A stretch of DNA of 64,000 nucleotides, taken from an uncultured virus (IMG/VR IMGVR_UViG_2811995017_000004). Taxonomy: Duplodnaviria; Heunggongvirae; Uroviricota; Caudoviricetes. Each line of letters starts with the position of its first letter. The stretch's first letter is position 1. The stretch covers positions 62,001 through 126,000 of IMG/VR virus record IMGVR_UViG_2811995017_000004; one strand, 5' to 3'. Below are positions 57,884 to 64,000 of this stretch, in pieces. The position numbers and the translations under genes were made by a program. Below the pieces are notes generated by a model, which saw only the letters and a program-made list of their open reading frames with translations, did not search any database and had not been told where the DNA came from.

Positions 57884-60523
57884 GTGTCGGTACTGTTTCA
57901 AGAGGTATCAAGATCATTCAATTTATTAAAGCCCAAACTTTCCCTAGCCAAAGCAAATAAAAAGAAAATCGCCAACCTGGTTGATGTCTCAAACGTTAAT
58001 TTGACTATAAAGTTAGGCGAAATTAATGAGCTTTCCTTCACTGTGCCTTTGAAAATTGAGATAGACAAACAATGGGTAAAGAACCCCCATCTCAAGAGAT
58101 TGAAGCTCCGAAGGCTGGTGAAATTGTCTGCTTATAATTTCAAGGATGAATGGTTTATCATCAAAACTAAGCAAAAATCAGGGGCAGAGAATGAATCAGT
58201 TACATTTACCTGTATGTCTTTAGCTCATCAATTAAGCTACCGGAAAGTCAGAAGGTACGAAGTCACTTCCTATAACATGAAACAGGTAACTGATGATTGT
58301 TTTGCAAATACGAACTGGAAAGCCGGATATATCAATCCACTATTCAATGAAAAATTCAGGAGTTTTGATATCACATCTTCAACCAAGTTAGATTTCCTAA
58401 TGAAAATTTGTGAAACGTTTGAAGCTGTTCCGGTGTTTGACACTATAGAAAAAAAGGTTCATTTCTATACTGAAGATGAAGCGTCAAAATATAAAGGAAT
58501 GAGAATTAAGTACGGCCAATACTTAGACACCATTGAAGACACTGAGGAGCTTGAAGAAGTTTGCACCAGGCTTTATGTGACTGGTAAAGATGATCTTTCA
58601 ATTAACGCGGCCAATCCAACCGGACAAGCATACATTGAAGATTTTACGTACTACCTCTACCCTTTTGAACGAGACAAGGATCGAAATGTAATATCCCATA
58701 GCTATGAGATGAGTGATGAATTATGTCATGCCATTCTTGACTTTAATGAGTTCATCGATTCTCAAACAGAAACGTTCTCCTCCCTTCTTGCTCGACAAAC
58801 TGAAGAAGAAAAGAAATTGGCCAAATTGAAAGCTCAAAAGACGCAGCTTGATTTAGAGCTTCAAGTTATTTTGGATAAGATTGTAGTCGCAACTGAAGCG
58901 AAAGATCCCACTGCTGAATTGATTAAAGAAAGAAATGCGAAAGAAGCAGAGATTGCTGCTAAAAAGAATGAAATCAAAAACAGGGAGAATTTGATTGCCG
59001 ATATTCAAAACAAAATTACACTTTTAAAGGGAAAATTAACCCTTGAAAGTCATCTTAGCAATGAACTCAAAGAAGAGTTGGCTGAGTTTATCAATGAGCA
59101 AGAATGGTCAAATGACAACCTATATGATGAAACTGACCTTTATGAAGCTGGTCTGGAGGAAATGAAGAAACGAAATACCCCACCAGTCAATATCACAATG
59201 AGCATCGTAAACTTCTTTGGCATCATAAGTGAACATCAAAACTGGAATCGGCTTTCTATTGGGGATATTATTCGAGTTCAACACGACCGTTTAGGCATCG
59301 ATGTTAAAACAAAAGTAATTGAAATGAGTTTTGATTTTGAATCTAATAAGATCAATTTGACTATTTCAAACTCAAAACGTGTTGAGACTGTAAAAGAGAA
59401 AATGGTTAAGCTCGTTTATACCATAAATCACATCGACAATGATTATGCTGTTAGAAAAATTGATTGGATGAAGACTGCGGAAAACTTCAACATCAGGAAT
59501 GATCGAATTTCTACTCCTGTCGCAGCCCCTACGGTTAAATCAGATGGGACAGCGATCTCTCATGAATACAACGATAATGGATCGGTTGATATTGTTTTGA
59601 AATGGGAGTATCCAGAATCTGATGAAGATCAGTACAACATAGATGGATTTGAAGTATATCTCTATTCCAGCGAATCATCTGATGAATATATTTTTGGTTC
59701 TAAGATGAGTCATGAGGAAATGGTAAATGTGAAGTATGATAAGCGTTCCTATAAATTCACGGGATTAGCATCAAATAAATACTACACATTAGGTGTTAGA
59801 GCCTACCGTAGGGTTGATGCAGATATTGAAAGAGCAGGAATTATTCTTTCAGATATTGCTCAATCGAAACATGCTTCTGAAAACCCCTACCTCCCTTCTG
59901 CTATTGCTGAGGTCAAAGGGAGAGTGAATGGATTAATTCAAGCAGTTTCTGAGGTAAGACCAGAAAATCCGGATGTAAACACTGTTTGGATTAATCCCAA
60001 AACGAATAAACAGGAACTTTACGACGGTGAAAAGTGGATTGAGCAATCCGTTACATCCGCTGAATCTTTGAATGGATACACTGCTGAAGTTGCATCAACT
60101 CCTAATACAATAGCTGTTCGAGATGAAACAGGAACAATTAATGCTTCAATTACAGGAAGTGCAACTCAACTCGGCGGTTATGATTCATCTGCGTATGTTC
60201 TTAAGTCTGATCTCCCCTCTTCTCCTCAATACGCAACAGGAGAGTACATCGGTGACGGAAAGCAAAGCAGATCAATTAGTTTAAACTTCATTCCTACTTT
60301 GGTCAAGATTTATTCTACTTCCCCTACTGATTCAACACTTATCATTCAAAACAGTTTAGGTGGCTACTCAATTCAAAATGGAGAAGCAGGTTCCTACCTT
60401 AAAGGCGGCGATAAAACATACGGGTCAATGAATTTGAATTATTTTATTACCGGCTCAGACATCAACACACGCGGAAATAAGCTGAACGTTAAATATATTT
60501 GGGAAGCATTCAAACAAAATTAA
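57884..60523 (+). CDS. yomG: Tal-like tail tip protein with FN3-like domain
   Basis: CTRLYVTG, L.IGD.IRV; FTGL..NKYYTLGVRAY; 879 aa. Confidence 0.8.
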   Translation: MSVLFQEVSRSFNLLKPKLSLAKANKKKIANLVDVSNVNLTIKLGEINELSFTVPLKIEIDKQWVKNPHLKRLKLRRLVKLSAYNFKDEWFIIKTKQKSGAENESVTFTCMSLAHQLSYRKVRRYEVTSYNMKQVTDDCFANTNWKAGYINPLFNEKFRSFDITSSTKLDFLMKICETFEAVPVFDTIEKKVHFYTEDEASKYKGMRIKYGQYLDTIEDTEELEEVCTRLYVTGKDDLSINAANPTGQAYIEDFTYYLYPFERDKDRNVISHSYEMSDELCHAILDFNEFIDSQTETFSSLLARQTEEEKKLAKLKAQKTQLDLELQVILDKIVVATEAKDPTAELIKERNAKEAEIAAKKNEIKNRENLIADIQNKITLLKGKLTLESHLSNELKEELAEFINEQEWSNDNLYDETDLYEAGLEEMKKRNTPPVNITMSIVNFFGIISEHQNWNRLSIGDIIRVQHDRLGIDVKTKVIEMSFDFESNKINLTISNSKRVETVKEKMVKLVYTINHIDNDYAVRKIDWMKTAENFNIRNDRISTPVAAPTVKSDGTAISHEYNDNGSVDIVLKWEYPESDEDQYNIDGFEVYLYSSESSDEYIFGSKMSHEEMVNVKYDKRSYKFTGLASNKYYTLGVRAYRRVDADIERAGIILSDIAQSKHASENPYLPSAIAEVKGRVNGLIQAVSEVRPENPDVNTVWINPKTNKQELYDGEKWIEQSVTSAESLNGYTAEVASTPNTIAVRDETGTINASITGSATQLGGYDSSAYVLKSDLPSSPQYATGEYIGDGKQSRSISLNFIPTLVKIYSTSPTDSTLIIQNSLGGYSIQNGEAGSYLKGGDKTYGSMNLNYFITGSDINTRGNKLNVKYIWEAFKQN

Positions 60524-60538
60524 TACGGAGGTGATCAT

Positions 60539-61336
60539 TTGGAAGATACTGCAAAACTTTATAATGATCCTATTCTTTCTAAGAAGAGAAAAGGATCGAT
60601 TGATGATCCTTACCAGCTTTACAATGAAACACAGGTGGTTTATAACGGAAAAGCTCAATTAACCGAAGTCCCCAACAGAGAAATGAGAGTTGAAGTCACT
60701 GGGGACGACAAAGTGTGGAAAGAAGTTGAAGACGGTGAGTTACAAGACGACTACTTTAGGGTTGATTACCTTAATGGAGTTGTCTATTTTAATGCCTCAA
60801 ATGAAGGGAAATCTCTTCAATTCAAATACAGCGGCGAAGGTGCTTATTACTTCCCAGGCTCACGTATTTGGACAAAACGCGACGGAAATGAAGTTGTTGA
60901 AACACTCGACTCATTGACTGAAAGAACACGAAAAGCGACAGAAGAATGCGAAGAAGCAACTGAGGAATCAAGAGAAGTTACAAAATGGACTAAGTATGCT
61001 ACTTCAGATTATGAAGATGTGGTGGCTAACACAAGGAAGATATACCTCCCTAAAGTTTATACATACACAGATATCATGACTACATATCCAAACCCTCAAA
61101 TCGGATGGACAGTTGTAACCGAGGACACACACATTGAATGGAGATGGGATGGGTTTGATTGGATCGATATAGGTGTGTCAGATGCCTATGATGGATTCAA
61201 TGTAATCGTCAGTGAAGTCCCTCCTAACAATGTTAATCACTTATGGCTCCAAGCACCTGTCTCTCCATTTGCAGCAAGAATCAAAAAATCAGAGACTGCT
61301 CCCCTTACCAATCAAATATGGCTCAAGATCGAATAG
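60539..61336 (+). CDS. yomF: tail/baseplate protein
   Basis: Size and synteny. Confidence 0.7.
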   Translation: MEDTAKLYNDPILSKKRKGSIDDPYQLYNETQVVYNGKAQLTEVPNREMRVEVTGDDKVWKEVEDGELQDDYFRVDYLNGVVYFNASNEGKSLQFKYSGEGAYYFPGSRIWTKRDGNEVVETLDSLTERTRKATEECEEATEESREVTKWTKYATSDYEDVVANTRKIYLPKVYTYTDIMTTYPNPQIGWTVVTEDTHIEWRWDGFDWIDIGVSDAYDGFNVIVSEVPPNNVNHLWLQAPVSPFAARIKKSETAPLTNQIWLKIE

Positions 61337-61354
61337 CAATTCAGGAGGTATATA

Positions 61355-63919
61355 ATGAATTATTTAAAATATTATGATCCACTCTTGGAAAAGTGGGTCT
61401 CTATTGAACTTGAAGCAATAAGCTCAGACGGGGAAAGATGGACAGCCCCAATGATTACAGAAAAATTTAAAGAAGTATTAGGCAATATCGGCGACGTTAA
61501 ACAAGATATCATCAATGTCAAAATTGAATTTCAAAAAGAAATCACCAATGTTTCGGATAAGATCAGCAACGTCGAAAAGATTATTGGTGATGTATCAAAG
61601 TTTAAGGTTATTGGTGACACCCTAGTTGATAAAATCATTAATGAATTCAATATGAGAAGTGTTAATGTTAAAGATTTTGGAGCAAAAGGAGACGGAGTAA
61701 CTGACGATACCGCTGCGTTTGAGAAAGCTATAGGAAGTGGATTTTCAAGTATTTACGTTCCTGATGGCACATACATGGTCAAAGGAGTTAAACTTCCCTC
61801 TTTCACAAAACTTTATGGCAATGGTATGAAGTCAGTGATCAAACTTCATCCTGATACCCCTCCTACTACACATGTCATTACAAACAAAGATTATACAAAT
61901 GGTAACTCATATATCCAGATCGAAAATCTGCTTGTTGATTGGAATTTAAATAAAAAAGACAACAAGATTGGATCGGGGCCAAATGCAAGCTGCGTAAACA
62001 TCACTAACAGTCAATTTGTTTGGATTAATAAAGTTCACGCAAAAGATGCTGGTCTTCATGGTTTTGATGTCACCTCTCCAAAGTACAACTCTTCCTCAGA
62101 TGGTGCTGAATACTATCAGCCTAAAGGTTCCAAGTACGTTTGGATCGACAATTGTACAGCTTGGAACTTCGGGGATGACGGGTTCACAACTCACTTTTCT
62201 GACTACATTTTCTTTTCAAATTGTTATTCATATGATGGAAATGGTTCGGCTCACCGTGCTGGAGGCAGTAACACAAATGGTTTTGAGATCGATGATGGTT
62301 CTAAACATGCATGGCTTATGAACTGTCATAGTAGAAAAAATTGCAGAGGTTTTGAAGTAAAAGCGCACGCTTTAGCACCTGCAGCCCAAGATGTTCATTT
62401 TGTAAATTGTTCCTCTGAGAATGATATTCGAGGCTTTGACTTCAGACATATTGGATTCCACCGCGCTTCAGATCCAGTTTCAAAAAGTGCTTTTAATGTT
62501 AGTGCTACAAATTGTAGAGTTCTTAACCCTATTTTCAACAGCTTGTATGAAGGACTGTCCCCTAGAGCCTTGGTAATCTCCGCATTTCGCAATGTAAATA
62601 TAAACAACTTCACAGCAATTGGAGATCCCTCTTATGACTACAAAGGAAATCCTGCAATTGCAACTCAATTTAAATCTAGAAACATTAATTTAAACAATAT
62701 TTCCGTTTCTGGCTTCAAGACGGCTGAAGCAGACATTTACGTGATCGGAGGAAGTCAAAAATCTGACAACGTAAATATAAGCAATATCAATTCCTTTGAA
62801 TCAGCGAGAGTCGGTGTAAGAATCGGCAGCAAAACAGAGAATGTAAAATTAACCAATGCAAGCTTAATCGGGTATGGTCGGAAAGATAGTGTTGGTGTTT
62901 ATTGCTCGAATTCTCAAGCTTACATATTTGGAGTCACTGCTGAAAAGTATGGCAAAGCTTCAACAATCGCTGGCTATGATTACTCATATGTTCCAAACAA
63001 CTTTAAAGGTGGGACAAGAGCTGCCACTACTTCTGGACATGTTAAAACATCGACGGGTTTTATCGCCGCTTCTTCAGGTACGCCAGAAGTTACTGGAGAA
63101 GCATCTGCAGCTATTGGAACAACTGGAGGAGCAAAGGCTAAAGGAGTTCGAACAGGGGTTTATTCTTCATCTGGCGGAAGCTCTGTTGATGGTTCCCGTA
63201 GCACAGTCATGTCTTCGAATGATTCCCATATTGAAGGTGAAAATGTCTCTAGAACCATTCTGTCTTCTGGTGGGGTTAAGCTCGGAGCAAATGATCGCTA
63301 TATGGTTGTTGGCGGATATGGAGAAACCCCTTCACGTTCAAATATAAAGTGGATGCTTAACTCTATGAATGGAGACATCTCCGCCACAGGGAAGATCAAT
63401 GGTGGAGCAACATTCAGTGACTACGCGGAGTATTTTGAAAGCCTTGATGGCAAAAGCATACCTTCTGGAACCATCGTTACCCTTGAAAAAAATAAAATAA
63501 GACCTGCTCAAAAATCTGAATTTATGCTCGGCGTTATATCTGAAACAGCAGGAACTGTACTTGGAAGCGCTGAGGTTTATTGGAAAGATCGTTATTTAAA
63601 AAATGAGTTCGGCGGTCTTATTTATGAAGATGTTCTTGATGAAAAAACAGGCGAATACGTCAAAATGCCTGTTGAAAACCCTGAATGGAAGTCAAAAAAA
63701 GATTATATACCAAGAGAACAAAGACCTGAATGGAATATCGTAGGACTTGTTGGACAGGTGTATATTCGCATTGATGGAACTGTCGAAGTTGGAGATTGCA
63801 TTGAAGCAAATAACGGAATAGCTACAAAATCAGAGAACTCCACTTGGAGAGTTATGGAGATTACAAAACCATACTTTAAAAAGGATGGATATGGAGTGGC
63901 AATTTGCTTTATTAGATAA
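61355..63919 (+). CDS. tailspike with pectate-lyase-like beta-helix and C-terminal peptidase G2 chaperone (phi29 gp12-like); yomE position
   Basis: VNVKDFGAKGDGVTDDTAAF; DYAEYFES...W..VGLVGQ autocleavage domain. Confidence 0.85.
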   Translation: MNYLKYYDPLLEKWVSIELEAISSDGERWTAPMITEKFKEVLGNIGDVKQDIINVKIEFQKEITNVSDKISNVEKIIGDVSKFKVIGDTLVDKIINEFNMRSVNVKDFGAKGDGVTDDTAAFEKAIGSGFSSIYVPDGTYMVKGVKLPSFTKLYGNGMKSVIKLHPDTPPTTHVITNKDYTNGNSYIQIENLLVDWNLNKKDNKIGSGPNASCVNITNSQFVWINKVHAKDAGLHGFDVTSPKYNSSSDGAEYYQPKGSKYVWIDNCTAWNFGDDGFTTHFSDYIFFSNCYSYDGNGSAHRAGGSNTNGFEIDDGSKHAWLMNCHSRKNCRGFEVKAHALAPAAQDVHFVNCSSENDIRGFDFRHIGFHRASDPVSKSAFNVSATNCRVLNPIFNSLYEGLSPRALVISAFRNVNINNFTAIGDPSYDYKGNPAIATQFKSRNINLNNISVSGFKTAEADIYVIGGSQKSDNVNISNINSFESARVGVRIGSKTENVKLTNASLIGYGRKDSVGVYCSNSQAYIFGVTAEKYGKASTIAGYDYSYVPNNFKGGTRAATTSGHVKTSTGFIAASSGTPEVTGEASAAIGTTGGAKAKGVRTGVYSSSGGSSVDGSRSTVMSSNDSHIEGENVSRTILSSGGVKLGANDRYMVVGGYGETPSRSNIKWMLNSMNGDISATGKINGGATFSDYAEYFESLDGKSIPSGTIVTLEKNKIRPAQKSEFMLGVISETAGTVLGSAEVYWKDRYLKNEFGGLIYEDVLDEKTGEYVKMPVENPEWKSKKDYIPREQRPEWNIVGLVGQVYIRIDGTVEVGDCIEANNGIATKSENSTWRVMEITKPYFKKDGYGVAICFIR

Positions 63920-63944
63920 GTCGCTTGGACGATTGGAGGTTCAG

Positions 63945-64000
63945 ATGAATACATTAAGTTTCTACAACAAAAAGAAAGATAAATGGGAAGACATCTACAC
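63945..64000 (+). CDS. start of the next tail gene (yomD position), truncated by the window edge
   Basis: GGAGG RBS; MNTLSFYNKKKDKWEDIY resembles the N-terminus of the tailspike. Confidence 0.6.
   Translation, partial: MNTLSFYNKKKDKWEDIY

Larger units (their letters stand above)
1..64000. mobile_element. SPbeta-like prophage (internal segment, yop/yon to yom regions; no attachment site in window)
   Basis: Gene order, sizes and motifs match the SPbeta late cluster (RNAP, HU, terminase, portal, capsid, tail, recombinase, CwlP tape measure) and yonV/yonT. Confidence 0.95.

Noticed and set aside
20607..63954. Many short opposite-strand or nested ORFs in the ORF track within late genes
   Set aside because: They are shadows of long genuine genes and lack an RBS or recognisable motifs

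Overview
The whole window is part of an SPbeta-like (Spbetavirus-type) Bacillus prophage. Bases 1-16.2 kb are mostly minus-strand early/accessory genes: many small ORFs, a DUF262 protein, a Cro-like HTH, yonV, a GIY-YIG fusion, a yonT/SR6-like type I toxin-antitoxin locus and a QueC-like/ABC-remnant/HIT cassette. From 16.5 kb the plus-strand late cluster runs: YonO-type RNA polymerase, HU, yonK/J, packaging and head genes (yonG-yonA), tail genes (yomZ-yomN), tyrosine recombinase yomM, an accessory/defence-like hotspot (41.7-49.8 kb), tape measure/CwlP, and distal tail and tailspike genes. The most notable unexplained structure is: (1) two ORF-less group I introns splitting the tape-measure gene, next to a free-standing Zn-finger/Vsr-like endonuclease; (2) a 16-bp TAAAA-N6-TTTTA site at the 3' end of most small early genes and on the yomM stop codon, suggesting an integron-like cassette array; (3) several structured non-coding RNAs around a DIP1984-like gene, one with an internal short-repeat tract; (4) an orphan MazF/PemK-fold gene followed by its own small RNA; (5) an identical C-terminal 10-aa tag on a head protein and the tail tube. 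Several genes carry single-base homopolymer frameshifts that are probably sequencing errors. Gene symbols rest on recalled SPbeta gene order, sizes and motifs, not on database searches.
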